From assembly GCA_020639115.1 (NCBI GenBank), contig JACKHG010000017.1, forward strand, positions 17,790 through 81,789: a stretch of 64,000 nucleotides of DNA, given 5' to 3'. This document shows positions 1 to 9,865 of the stretch, piece after piece; position 1 is the stretch's first letter; every line of letters begins with the position of its first letter. A model generated the notes under the pieces. The model was given only the letters and a program-made list of their open reading frames with translations, did not search any database and was not told the DNA's origin. Both the position numbers and the translations under genes were made by a program. Source of the stretch: Phycisphaerales bacterium. GTDB taxonomy: Bacteria; Planctomycetota; Phycisphaerae; UBA1845.

Positions 1-108
1 GAGGGTTGCGACCTGGGAACTGTCGAAGAAGACGGTGGTTTCCGCGATGGCGGGCGTGCCCAGGGAAAAACATGCGGCGATCAGGCTCAGGTTCGCAAGA
101 CGGGACAT
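1..108 (-). CDS. 5' end of a secreted protein (signal peptide only) that continues off the left edge of the window
   Basis: The ATG is at 108-106 on the minus strand, with GAGGAG 6 nt upstream. The translation MSRLANLSLIAACFSLGTPAIAETTVFF... looks like a signal peptide. The frame stays open to position 1. Confidence 0.55.
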   Translation of the reverse strand, partial: MSRLANLSLIAACFSLGTPAIAETTVFFDSSQVATL

Positions 109-312
109 GACGGGCTCCTCGAGTTCGTACTGGGTTGTTTGCGTCGTTGCGGGAGATGTTCCGCCGAATATCGGCGTCGACGCCCCGAACGCGGCGTCGA
201 CAGGGTGAGTCTACCACGGTGGGCTGAAGTACCCGCGGTTCTGCAACTTTTGCAAGAGATGCGTCCGGCGTGCGTCGCGACGCGTGTCGCGGGCCTTGCC
301 TTGCCCCTGGCG

Positions 313-609
313 TCAGCGCAGCACGAGGCCCAGGAGCCACAGGAGCAGGCCGGTGGCGAGGAGCACGAGCAGCGCCGCGGGGATGAGCCAGAAGAGCGAC
401 TCGCGCACGCTCAGGGTGCGGCGCGGCAACGGCACATCAAGCGAATTGAGTTCACCGCATTCGGGGCACCACACGCAGCGTCCCAGCCAGCGGCGGCGAT
501 TGGGAAATACACGCCACTCCACGAGCGTGCCGTAGAGGTCGTAGCTGCAGTGCCCGCAGGGCCGGTGAACCTCGTAGCGATCGGCGAACTGTCGCGGCCA
601 AGGCCACAT
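313..609 (-). CDS. Small zinc-ribbon-like protein with a C-terminal transmembrane helix
   Basis: 98-aa ORF with an ATG start and GGAG 6 nt upstream. It has two Cys pairs (CGHC ... CPEC) and a hydrophobic tail, LFWLIPAALLVLLATGLLLWLLGLVL. Third codon positions are GC-rich. Confidence 0.5.
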   Translation of the reverse strand: MWPWPRQFADRYEVHRPCGHCSYDLYGTLVEWRVFPNRRRWLGRCVWCPECGELNSLDVPLPRRTLSVRESLFWLIPAALLVLLATGLLLWLLGLVLR

Positions 610-745
610 CGCTGTCTCCGTGCCGGTGGGGAAGCGCTGACGAACGAATCTACAAGGACGGAAGCGAAAAAGCGACCGTTTCGAATCCGGTCATTGTGTA
701 AGATCCTCCCAGCCATTCGCACAGAACCTGTGGACGCTGCACACA

Positions 746-1834
746 ATGGAGGAAGCACGCAGGTTGATCGATTCACGAACCATCCAGGGATTCATGCTCG
801 GCTCAGCCGTGGGGGATGCGTTGGGTTTGCCGCGGGAGGGGTTGTCGGCGCGCCGGGCGGCACGGATGTTCGGCGCCGGGCCGCTGCAGCATCGTTTCGC
901 GGTCGGGCGGGGCATGATGAGCGACGACACGGAGCACCTGTGCATGGTGGTCCAGGCGCTGCTCGCCAGCGGGGGCGAGCCGGACGCGTTCGCCCGCTCG
1001 CTCGCGTGGCGGCTGCGCGGATGGCTCGTGGGTCTGCCGGCGGGCACCGGGTGGGCGACGCTGCGGGCGGGGCTGCGTCTGTGGGTGGGGTATTCGTGGA
1101 AAACCAGCGGCGTGTTTTCGGCGGGGAACGGTCCGGCGATGCGCGCCGGTATCCTCGGGCTGTACGCGGGAGAGGACGACGAGCGGCTGCGACGTCTCGT
1201 GCACCGCTCCACGCGTATCACGCATACCGATCCGCTGGCGGAGGAGGGTGCTCTGCTCGTGGCGCTGGCGGCCCGGTATGCCGCGCGTCACGGTGGTGAT
1301 GCGCTCGAACCGGCGGTCTTCCTTGCGGACGCGCGAGTCGCGGTCACCGATGACCGCTGGCGCGAGGTGCTCGACCTCGTTGCCGTGGCGCTTGAGCGAA
1401 ATTCGACGCCGGACAAGTTCGCCGAGTCCGCCGGCTTGATCGGCGGGGTCAGCGGCTTCATTGTGCACACGGTTGCCGCGAGCCTGTTCTGCTGGCTGAG
1501 GTACGCTGGCGACTTTCGCGCCGGGGTTGAGGGTGTGATCCGGCTCGGGGGGGACACCGACTCGACGGCGGCGATCACGGGCGGGCTGCTCGGGGCCGCG
1601 CTCGGCGCCGAGGCCATCCCGGCGGAGTGGTGCGACCGCCTGTGCGAATGGCCGCGCAGCGTCAACTGGATGATGCGCCTGGCGGAGCGTCTGTCCGACG
1701 CGACGTCAGCCAACGTCGCCGATGCTGCCCCCCTACCGCTTTTTTGGCCCGGTCTGATCGTGCGCAACCTCTGTTTCGGCGTGATCGTGCTGCTCCATGC
1801 CTTGCGCCGCATGTTTCCGCCCTACGCAACGTGA
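746..1834 (+). CDS. ADP-ribosylglycohydrolase family protein (DraG/ARH-like) with a hydrophobic C-terminal tail
   Basis: The N-terminal motif GFMLGSAVGDALGLPREG and the C-terminal GGDTDSTAAITGGLLGA are the two metal-binding signatures of the ADP-ribosylglycohydrolase family. The last ~35 aa (LPLFWPGLIVRNLCFGVIVLLHAL) are hydrophobic. Confidence 0.85.
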   Translation: MEEARRLIDSRTIQGFMLGSAVGDALGLPREGLSARRAARMFGAGPLQHRFAVGRGMMSDDTEHLCMVVQALLASGGEPDAFARSLAWRLRGWLVGLPAGTGWATLRAGLRLWVGYSWKTSGVFSAGNGPAMRAGILGLYAGEDDERLRRLVHRSTRITHTDPLAEEGALLVALAARYAARHGGDALEPAVFLADARVAVTDDRWREVLDLVAVALERNSTPDKFAESAGLIGGVSGFIVHTVAASLFCWLRYAGDFRAGVEGVIRLGGDTDSTAAITGGLLGAALGAEAIPAEWCDRLCEWPRSVNWMMRLAERLSDATSANVADAAPLPLFWPGLIVRNLCFGVIVLLHALRRMFPPYAT

Positions 1835-1962
1835 ACTCGAAATCACATGCACCACTATTGCAGTGTGCGCGGCGCAAGCTACGCTGAGCTGCCACGCGGT
1901 TGGGCCGATACGGGCGCTCGCGCGGCAGGTATGCCCGCGAGCTTTTATTACAGGAGCAGGCC

Positions 1963-2097
1963 ATGTTGCGAAAACTCGTTTGCGCGTTGATTCTTACGGC
2001 GGCGCTGGCTTCGGCGGGTTGCGATGTGTTCGGCGACGGCAAGACGGCGCTGAATGACGCGGCGGCGACGCCTGCGGCAACCGAAGCGCTCGGTTGA
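1963..2097 (+). CDS. Small putative lipoprotein (44 aa)
   Basis: Internal ATG with AGGAG upstream. The product MLRKLVCALILTAALASAGC has a lipobox-like LASAGC. The ORF is very short, so confidence is low. Confidence 0.35.
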   Translation: MLRKLVCALILTAALASAGCDVFGDGKTALNDAAATPAATEALG

Positions 2098-2488
2098 GCG
2101 CGGCGTTCCGTTTGAACGCTCGACGCAGCCACGCTCGTACAGCAAGAGACGAAGTTCACCATCCTCCCGGCAGCGGTGCTGATGAACCGCTTCGCCGGGG
2201 TACTCTGCTGCGCCTCGACCGCGACGGTCCGCGTCCGCGGGGTCGGCGTCAGCGTCGGCGCTTTCAGCATGGCTGACTACGTTTCCGGTCCCCCACCGGC
2301 GGCAGGCTGATCGCCGCGCGCATCTGATGACCCCGATACCAGCCCATCCTCCTGCCGATGAGTCCCTGTCGTGTGAAACTGACCAAAGCCCGCGGAGGGG
2401 GGCGCCGATAGCAACGCTGGGCGCAACTCCAGCCGGTGGCTGAACGGGCATAGCCGGCGGAAACCTATCCACTCGGGAGACACGACGC

Positions 2489-5400
2489 ATGAAAGACAGA
2501 GATGCTGTCGGCACAGCTCATTTCGGGATCATGGCGGGCGCACTGCTTGCGGCTGCGCTGCTCGTCGGCGGTGGGTGCAATTCAGCGCCGCCATCATCCA
2601 CCGGCGACAACACATTGCTGAACGAGGCCTTGGGCTACGATGGCAAGGTCACGGGCCAGGTGTCGACGGTGCAGAGCACGCGTGCATCGATCGACGGCGC
2701 GGCTGCGACGCAGCAGGCGCCGCTCGACGACGCGCTCGCAGGTGCGCGGGTTCGCTTCCAGGACATCGCCGGTAATCCGCTCATGGATGAAAACGGCAAT
2801 CCGCTGCCACCCGTGCCGCTCAAACCCGACGGCTCGTTCACGGGCGAGAATCTTCCGGTCGGAACGGACTTCACGGTTTGCGTGGACGTCGCGGGCGACG
2901 GGAGCTGCAAGGAGGCGAGTTGTGTGAACATCCCGCTCGACCCGAATGGCAACGGCGGTGAACTCGCCAACGTCCAGGTCGATCCGCTGACGACGCTCGT
3001 GCTCGGCAAGCTGCGCACGCTGCTCACGGAGCGCGGCATCGACGCGCGGAAGCTGCCCATCAGCCCGGCGACCGTCGTCGCGCGCATCGTCGAGGCGTAC
3101 ACGCACCTCTTCGAGGAGAGCGGCATCGCGCACGAGGTCACCGTCGACGACCTCGCCAGCCTGAGCCCCGAGGAGTTCGGGCAGCTCTTCGACGAGATCA
3201 TCCCGGACCTGGTGCAGACGGGCATGCGCATCGTCGAGGGCAACCTCGACCTGATCAGCGCCACGGACGCCCAGCAGCGCGCCGTCGCGGCCGCCGAGGT
3301 GTTCCTGCGTGCGGGATTCCCAATTGCCGACGAGCCGGGCGGACTCGATCTCGCCCGCTTCGCCACGCTCGACGGCGTGGAGTCGGCGCGCCGCGACGAA
3401 CTCTTCGGCGACAAGCCGCAGCTCGGCGATTTCGCGGACAACGTGGACGACGGCTTCGCTGACACGCTGGGCACGCCGCAGCCGGCGGAGGATGACCCGA
3501 CGATTATCTACTTCGACACGACGACCGAACCGGATCGCAATTTCTCCAACACGGACGAAGGGGCCGACGACGCATCGGGCATGCCGCATCTGCCGGTGAT
3601 CGCGGACCGCGTGCTGCTGAAGATGGCCGAGCAGGAACTCGCCGGCAAGAAGATCACGATCCGCGCGTTGTATGCGGCGCTGACCGACATCGGCGACGGG
3701 CTGGGGGCGCGGCTCACCTACGAGATCCACGATCCCAACTTCGGCGGCCCGCCGCTCACCGTCTTCCAGACCGCCGACGGGGCGGGCAAAGCGCTCAACC
3801 TCGAGCAGCTCTACCGGCGTTTCTTCGAGCAGGGCCTCAACCTGGTGACCGAGGAGGATCTCAACCAAGCCAACGCCCGGCTCGCGCAGACGCTGAACGA
3901 ACTGCTGGGTGACACGCTGGCGCCCGATTTCGAAGTGCTCTTCGGCGAGATCGTCGCCGGGCGGATCGGCAGCGCCGACGAGCTGGCGAAGCGCATCCGC
4001 GACGCCCGCGCGCACCTGCCCTTCAACCGTTCCGGCCCGGAGTCGTTCTTCGTGGTCGCGGACGGCGATACGTTTCGCGGGGACGCCGACGTGAACCCGG
4101 TCACGGTTGACGCCGACGTGGATCAGAACGGGCGCATCACAGCCGTCACTTACAACGCCGACGGCGAGGGTGACTTCTACCTGGGCTTCACGCCGGGCAC
4201 GGATCAGGGCGGCGACGTGCAGTTGATCACGCGTGAGACCGGCCGGATCGTGCAGGGACCGCGCGGGCCGGTGCGGCTGAACCTGCGCAGCGAGGACGTG
4301 TTCGCCCCGGTGAACGGCGCTCCGTTCTTTGCATTCGTCTCGGAGAGCGGGACGTTCTACCCGGGCGTGGACATTCCGGCGCCGCGTACGCAGTTCATGC
4401 CGGCGCCGATGCCGAACGACGGCGGCGGCAATATGCCCCCGCCGAACGACGATCCGAACGGTATGCCGCCGAACGGCGATCCCACCGGCATGCCGCCCAG
4501 TGGCACGAACGGCTTTCCGCCGGGTGATCCGAACGCGCCTCCGCCCGATCCGAATTTTCCGACGGACGATGCCGGGCAGCCCGGGCCGGGCCCGAACATG
4601 CCGCCGGACGGCAGCGTCGATGATCCGAACAATCCGCCGCTGCCCCCGGCGCCGGCTGAGTTCGACGACCAGCCCGAGCAGCGCCGCATGCTCGTGCTGG
4701 CTACGGGTTGGGGACCCGACGCCGAACTCGTGCGCGTGGACTTTGACCGCGGGTCGGGCATCGCGACGTACAACCGTGACGGCCGCAACCTGCTGGTCTT
4801 TACGCCCGAGTCCGAGGCCACGGGTCAGTTCGTGCTTTTCAACGAGGACACGGGACGCGAGGCACGGGCCGAGGATCCGGAGAACTTCTTCGCACCTCCG
4901 CCCCCGCCGCCGGACGATTTCGAGGACCAGTTCAACAACGGTGACGATTCCCGCGGCCCCGACGGCAGTCCGGACGGCGGCCCCGGCGACTTCGATCCGG
5001 ACAATATTGATACGAACGCGCCGCTGCCGCCTCCCCCGCCGCCCGTGGACGAGCCGACGCCCGATGACGTCGACACCAGCGGCATCGGTCCCGCCGAGTA
5101 CGTCGACGATGGCGGCCGCATCCTGATCGCGGTCGATGAGATCGAGGGCCTGCGGCTGGAGATCGGCGAGTTTACGCACGTGTTCGGGTCCGAAGCGCCG
5201 AACGCCCGTTACTCCGCGGACGCCGACCCGTACTTCGACGACATCAACAGCGACGGCGTGCAGAGCGCCGACGAGCCGAGCGTGGCGTTCCGCCCGACGC
5301 TGTTCGATCCGCACGACTGGCGTTCGACGGACATTCCGGCGTACTACCGCCGGGCGGACGATGGCGGAGCGGTCACGTTTGACGACGTGGACATCGACGC

Positions 5401-5773
5401 GTCTTCGCCGCGTGCACTCGACGGCACGGCGCTGGTGCCGCGCAACTACGTGCCGCGGCTGAACGCGTATCGGTTCGGGCGGCCGAACACAGCCGTGAAC
5501 CTGCTGACGGCGTTCAGTCCGCCGAGCTTCTTCGACGGCACGCAGCAGTTCACCGAGGACACGGAGGTGGATATTTTTACGGCTGTCGCGCTGGTGAACC
5601 TCGTCATGGACCAGGTCTTCAACGTCGAGGCGACTGTTGATATTGACGGCATGGGTCCGCTGCCCAAGCGCCAGGCGCTGCTCGACGCGCACCTGTTCAT
5701 CGTGCCGCTCGATGACCCCTTCGTGACGCTGGTGCGGACGATCGCCGATCGCGCTCAGGCGGACGTTCCGTAG
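2489..5773 (+). CDS. Large secreted/lipoprotein of unknown function with proline-rich low-complexity linkers
   Basis: 1094-aa ORF with GGGAGA upstream of the ATG. The signal peptide has a lipobox-like LLVGGGCNS. Two Pro/Asp/Gly/Asn-rich tracts lie at about 4393-4680 and 4888-5070. I recognise no catalytic motif. Confidence 0.75.
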   Translation: MKDRDAVGTAHFGIMAGALLAAALLVGGGCNSAPPSSTGDNTLLNEALGYDGKVTGQVSTVQSTRASIDGAAATQQAPLDDALAGARVRFQDIAGNPLMDENGNPLPPVPLKPDGSFTGENLPVGTDFTVCVDVAGDGSCKEASCVNIPLDPNGNGGELANVQVDPLTTLVLGKLRTLLTERGIDARKLPISPATVVARIVEAYTHLFEESGIAHEVTVDDLASLSPEEFGQLFDEIIPDLVQTGMRIVEGNLDLISATDAQQRAVAAAEVFLRAGFPIADEPGGLDLARFATLDGVESARRDELFGDKPQLGDFADNVDDGFADTLGTPQPAEDDPTIIYFDTTTEPDRNFSNTDEGADDASGMPHLPVIADRVLLKMAEQELAGKKITIRALYAALTDIGDGLGARLTYEIHDPNFGGPPLTVFQTADGAGKALNLEQLYRRFFEQGLNLVTEEDLNQANARLAQTLNELLGDTLAPDFEVLFGEIVAGRIGSADELAKRIRDARAHLPFNRSGPESFFVVADGDTFRGDADVNPVTVDADVDQNGRITAVTYNADGEGDFYLGFTPGTDQGGDVQLITRETGRIVQGPRGPVRLNLRSEDVFAPVNGAPFFAFVSESGTFYPGVDIPAPRTQFMPAPMPNDGGGNMPPPNDDPNGMPPNGDPTGMPPSGTNGFPPGDPNAPPPDPNFPTDDAGQPGPGPNMPPDGSVDDPNNPPLPPAPAEFDDQPEQRRMLVLATGWGPDAELVRVDFDRGSGIATYNRDGRNLLVFTPESEATGQFVLFNEDTGREARAEDPENFFAPPPPPPDDFEDQFNNGDDSRGPDGSPDGGPGDFDPDNIDTNAPLPPPPPPVDEPTPDDVDTSGIGPAEYVDDGGRILIAVDEIEGLRLEIGEFTHVFGSEAPNARYSADADPYFDDINSDGVQSADEPSVAFRPTLFDPHDWRSTDIPAYYRRADDGGAVTFDDVDIDASSPRALDGTALVPRNYVPRLNAYRFGRPNTAVNLLTAFSPPSFFDGTQQFTEDTEVDIFTAVALVNLVMDQVFNVEATVDIDGMGPLPKRQALLDAHLFIVPLDDPFVTLVRTIADRAQADVP

Positions 5774-6253
5774 CGCGGGCTCGGACCGTTCGTCGCGTGC
5801 AGAGCGCGGTTTCCGGACGTCAGCGGGGCCGCAGGTGGCGAGACCAGCGTCACCTGCGGCTGCGCTTTGCGCGGCCCGATCGTGGCGCGGTTGGCGCGGG
5901 TGGTAATATGGGGCACATTCCCCACGCCGCGCACACCGGGGAGCAAATGGCAGTTACTTTCGCGCCAAGTTGGGCACAGAAACATCAGTTGGGGCTTGAC
6001 CCGGAGCCCGCAGAAATGACACAATCTGTGTAACTCTCAGCGGAGTCGCCCGGTTCGACGAACCCGGGAAGCTGGTCCGAGACTATCATGTCGCAGGAGG
6101 TGGAAGGCAACGGCGGCCGGGCGACTATTTTTCTTCTCTGCTGATGCTCGCGACGGGCGGCGGCTTCGCGCGTGAGCAGTCATTTCCTTACGAATTCCAG
6201 GTGATCTGCAGGGCGGGTGCGTTCCATGGGCTGTGGATGCGCCGCGTGATCGC

Positions 6254-9200
6254 TCAGATCCCGCCCGACCACTGCGTGGCCAGCATGGAGAAATCCACCA
6301 GGTCGACGTCGGTGTCGCCGTCGAAGTCGAACGCTGCGCAGGGGTTGTAGGTGGGACCGCCTGCGGGTCCGGTCATGCAGTCCGCCCAGTGGGCGAAGTC
6401 GGCGTCGTCGAGATCCCCATCGCCGTCGAAGTCGCCGGGCAGGGGCGGTTGCGCACCGCACCAGGTCACGAGCTCATTCATCAGTGCGGCGCGTTCACCG
6501 GCGGTGGGAATCGCTTCGAACGGAAACGCCCAGAAGCTGGCATGGTAGGCGCCGCCGTTGTGGCTCAGCCCCATGGTGCCGACGTTGCCCACCATGCTGG
6601 CTTCAGCCCCGGGTGCCGGCGTGAGTGAATCGCTGAAGTTGCTGAAGGGGTAGTCGAGCGTGACCGGTCCGAAGCCGGTGAAGAGGCTGCCCGCGCCGGT
6701 CGCGGTGGACTGGGAGGTGTCATTGGTGACCGAGGCCACGCCCAGGTAGGCGGTCATGAAATCGGTGAGCCCGCGGTTGGCGTGGTAGTCCTGGCTGGAG
6801 ATGAAGAAGCACCCACCGTTGTCGAGGAAGGTGGCCAGGGCCGCTTCGGCGGTCGGGCTGGGGCCGGCTACCTCGGGATCGAAGAATCCGTACAGGTCGC
6901 CGGTGAACCAGATGGCCATGGTGTAGGGCGCCAGGTCCGCGGCGGTGGGCTCATCGGCGCCCACGTTGGTATCCCAGACGTCGTAGGCGATGCCATTGGA
7001 GTCCAGGGCGGCGGTGTAGGCGGCGCGCACGTCGGGATCGTTGTCGTCACCATCGATCAGCAGGACGGGGGGCTGAACGCGCGTGGTGAAGTACTGCACG
7101 GCGGAATCGGCGCCATTGCTGCACACGTTGGCGGCGCGCACGCGCCAGAAGTAGGTCGTGTGCGAGGCGAGGGCGATCGTGGGTGTGGCTGCGGTATCGG
7201 TCGTGGTTGCGGTGAAGACGATGTTGGCGAACGCGGGATCGCCGGCGACCTCGACGGTGTAGGCCTGTGCGGTCGGCGCCGGCGCCCAGGCCAATGTGGG
7301 CACGAGGACGACGCCGTTGGAGCCGGCGGCTGGGTGCGCGAGCGTCACGGCGTCGGGCGGGCCGGCGAAGACGTTCAGCATGACGGCCACGGACCGAACG
7401 CCGTTCGACGAGACGCCCTGGATATCGATGCTGTAGGACCCCTCGGTGACGCCGGCGGTGTCCGTGATGGTGAGGCCGCTGGTGCCGACGGGCACCACCG
7501 GGTTGGGATTGAAGAGCGCGGAGGCGCCGGCGGGGAGATTCAGTACCGACAGCGTCACGGGGTCGGTCGCGCCGCTGATGCTCGCGACGTCGACGGCGAA
7601 GCTGGCGTCGTCACCGGCGCAGACGTCCACCTCCGCCGGCGCGGGGCTGAGGGCGAAGCCCGCGACGCGCTTGCAGTTGTAGCAGACCAGCGAGAAGTCC
7701 TGGTCGGTGGTGTCGCCGGAGCCGGGAAGCGCGTCGGAGTTGATGCTGGTGGCCAGCACGCGCACGGTGATGTCGCCGGCACCGGGTGATTCGATAAAGA
7801 CGCCTTCCGTGTTGTTCTTGCTCTCGCGCACGCCGCCGGTCGTGGAGGCACCGTTGGTGCCGAAGACGTTGCCGAGGTAGGTGTTCGCGCCGGACTCGAC
7901 AACCAGGTCGAGATCGTTGTTCCAGGCGGGCGTCGAACCGCCGAGCCCGTGGCCCGGCGCGTCGGTCCAGACGAGCATCATCCGCACGGGCGTGAGCGGA
8001 TCATCGGCGTTCACGGTGACGCTCCACTCTTCGCCGGTATTGTCGAAGACGACGGGGTTGTCGAAGTAGCGCACGTCCAGCGCCGGGTCGAGCACCGCCT
8101 CGGCGTCCAGGCGTCCCCAGCCCTGCTTGCTGTCGAAGGGGTGGCCGAGGATACCGCCGTCGGCATCGAGGTGACCGGCGAGGTCGTGGGCGACGGCGGT
8201 GAAGGCCGCCTTGACGAGCGCCGGGCTGGGATCGCCGCTGGTTTCGGACAGGCTGCGGTAGTACTCGATGAAGAGCGCGATGGCGCCGGTGACGTGGGGC
8301 GACGCCATGCTGGTTCCGCACCAATTGCTGACGCCGTACGAGCCTCCTGGCTGGGTTGAATCGACGTTGCAGCCCGGCGCGACCAGGTGCGGGATCTTGC
8401 GGCCGTCGAGGCAGGGGCCGTGGGCCGAGTTGGGAGAAACGTCATTGATGGCCGGGTTGGGCTGGCCGGTGCTGAACTGCGCGCGGGTCGAGCCGATGGT
8501 GAGGATGTTCTTGGCCTCGTCGGGGGAGCCCTGCGAGCTGGTGCCGCCGTAGCCGTTCATGATGCTCAGCACATAGATGAACGGTTGATTGCCCGGCGTG
8601 TCGGCATCGACATCGCGGACGCCGATGTCCACCTGCATGGTGTTCTGGTCGTAGCCCTGGGGGCTGCCGGCTGGTCCCCAACTGTTGCCGGAGAGGATGG
8701 CGCCGTTGTCGTACGACTGGCGCATGAGCGTGCGCATGCCGTTGGCCTGCGTCCACGTGGGATAGTACAACTGTTCCACGAGGTGGGCGCCGGGGGCCAT
8801 GCCCAGGCCGCGCAGAAAGCCGTTGTCGTCCAGGGTGCCCGACGAGCCGTCGGCGACCATGATGCCCGCGGTATGCGTGCCGTGGTTGCTGTAGGTGGAC
8901 CCGCCGCAGCTCGAACCGACGCAGGGCAGGATGCGGTTGATAAGATCCGGGTGCGACTGGTCCACGCCGCTGTCGACGTTGGCGATGATGATGCCGGCGC
9001 CGCTCAGGCCGACGTCGGCGAGCCACGCGTTGTAGCCGGTGAAGGGGATGTTGCCGGCGTTCACGTTGTTGACGTTGATCTGATCGCTGAGCTCGCCGCG
9101 CAGGCCGCCGTCGGTCGCCGTCAGCTTCGCGGTGTAGACGCCGGGAATCGTGGCGACGTCCGCCATTCGGCCGGCATCGATGTTGAACGTGATGTGCGCG

Positions 9201-9865
9201 AAGCGGTCGTCGACGGTCGCGATCTCACCGATCGTTGCGCCGCGATCAACCAGCGCACGCTGCACGGCGTGCAGATCGGCGCCGCGGTACACGAGGGCGC
9301 TGGCCGCGGCGCGGCCGATGCGCCCACGGAAGTGTGGAAGCACGCGGTAGTCCGGCGCGAAGTCGCCGCTCCAGCGTACGTGGGCGCGGGTCCGGGCGGC
9401 GTCGCGCTGCGCCGCCGTGCCCCACACGACGTAGGTATAGGGCTCGATGTACTGGACGACTTCGAGACCGTCGGCGCGCAGAGCGTCGAGCCACTCGGCC
9501 TTGGCGGGGCCGGTGAACTGCACGAGGCGCAGGTGGGGAGCCGTGTCCGCCGAGCGTGCAGCCACCTTGGGCTGGGGCAGAAAGAGCGGATCGAATGATT
9601 GTTCGCCGAGGCGCAGGACGTAGTCCGCGCTGGGTTCATCCGGGGCGAGACCGGCGGCAACGGCGTCGGCGAATTCGGAATCGGTGAGGGGGACCCAGAC
9701 GTAGCTGCCGTAGTCGATCGCCTGCCCGGAGGGGAGGTGCTGGGCTACGTCCGCGGTCACGCGGATCGCCCGCGTGGCTGGGGCTGCGGACGCCGAGGCG
9801 CCGGTTATCACCGCCATGATGACGCCGAAAGCGACCCGGCCCGATCGGGAAAGAGCATCATGCAT
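6254..9865 (-). CDS. Secreted subtilisin-like serine protease (peptidase S8) with a dockerin-like C-terminal tail
   Basis: The catalytic triad motifs are present: ANVDSGVDQSHPDL (Asp), HGTHTAGI (His), GNSWG (oxyanion Asn) and GTSMASPHVTG (Ser). I chose the start at the internal Met (MHDALSRSGRVAFGVIMAVITGASASA, a signal peptide). The C-terminus GDFDGDGDLDDADF...FDFDGDTDVDLVDF is dockerin/EF-hand-like. Confidence 0.9.
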   Translation of the reverse strand: MHDALSRSGRVAFGVIMAVITGASASAAPATRAIRVTADVAQHLPSGQAIDYGSYVWVPLTDSEFADAVAAGLAPDEPSADYVLRLGEQSFDPLFLPQPKVAARSADTAPHLRLVQFTGPAKAEWLDALRADGLEVVQYIEPYTYVVWGTAAQRDAARTRAHVRWSGDFAPDYRVLPHFRGRIGRAAASALVYRGADLHAVQRALVDRGATIGEIATVDDRFAHITFNIDAGRMADVATIPGVYTAKLTATDGGLRGELSDQINVNNVNAGNIPFTGYNAWLADVGLSGAGIIIANVDSGVDQSHPDLINRILPCVGSSCGGSTYSNHGTHTAGIMVADGSSGTLDDNGFLRGLGMAPGAHLVEQLYYPTWTQANGMRTLMRQSYDNGAILSGNSWGPAGSPQGYDQNTMQVDIGVRDVDADTPGNQPFIYVLSIMNGYGGTSSQGSPDEAKNILTIGSTRAQFSTGQPNPAINDVSPNSAHGPCLDGRKIPHLVAPGCNVDSTQPGGSYGVSNWCGTSMASPHVTGAIALFIEYYRSLSETSGDPSPALVKAAFTAVAHDLAGHLDADGGILGHPFDSKQGWGRLDAEAVLDPALDVRYFDNPVVFDNTGEEWSVTVNADDPLTPVRMMLVWTDAPGHGLGGSTPAWNNDLDLVVESGANTYLGNVFGTNGASTTGGVRESKNNTEGVFIESPGAGDITVRVLATSINSDALPGSGDTTDQDFSLVCYNCKRVAGFALSPAPAEVDVCAGDDASFAVDVASISGATDPVTLSVLNLPAGASALFNPNPVVPVGTSGLTITDTAGVTEGSYSIDIQGVSSNGVRSVAVMLNVFAGPPDAVTLAHPAAGSNGVVLVPTLAWAPAPTAQAYTVEVAGDPAFANIVFTATTTDTAATPTIALASHTTYFWRVRAANVCSNGADSAVQYFTTRVQPPVLLIDGDDNDPDVRAAYTAALDSNGIAYDVWDTNVGADEPTAADLAPYTMAIWFTGDLYGFFDPEVAGPSPTAEAALATFLDNGGCFFISSQDYHANRGLTDFMTAYLGVASVTNDTSQSTATGAGSLFTGFGPVTLDYPFSNFSDSLTPAPGAEASMVGNVGTMGLSHNGGAYHASFWAFPFEAIPTAGERAALMNELVTWCGAQPPLPGDFDGDGDLDDADFAHWADCMTGPAGGPTYNPCAAFDFDGDTDVDLVDFSMLATQWSGGI

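Noticed and set aside
672-700. A tRNA-like T-arm sequence (gaccgtttcgaatccggtc) in the intergenic region upstream of the ADP-ribosylglycohydrolase gene.
   Set aside because: The loop is too long. No complementary acceptor stem, D-arm or anticodon arm can be found in the ~75 nt upstream. It is just a small hairpin.
2594-5692. 1032-aa ORF antisense to the large lipoprotein gene. Similar very long antisense ORFs are 16937-19849(+), 19777-21372(-), 21412-24276(-), 24280-27030(-), 27052-30459(-), 47680-49170(-), 49167-51122(-), 51039-52235(+) and 61335-63248(+).
   Set aside because: These are typical GC-rich shadow ORFs. Their translations are Arg/Ala/Gly/His/Val-rich with no motifs. Each lies opposite a gene with clear catalytic or domain signatures, a ribosome-binding site and a signal peptide.
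6046-6070. An imperfect GC-rich hairpin (cccggttcgacgaacccggg) as a possible terminator.
   Set aside because: It has no adjacent T-run and lies ~200-280 nt from the nearest stop codons on either strand, so evidence for a terminator is insufficient.
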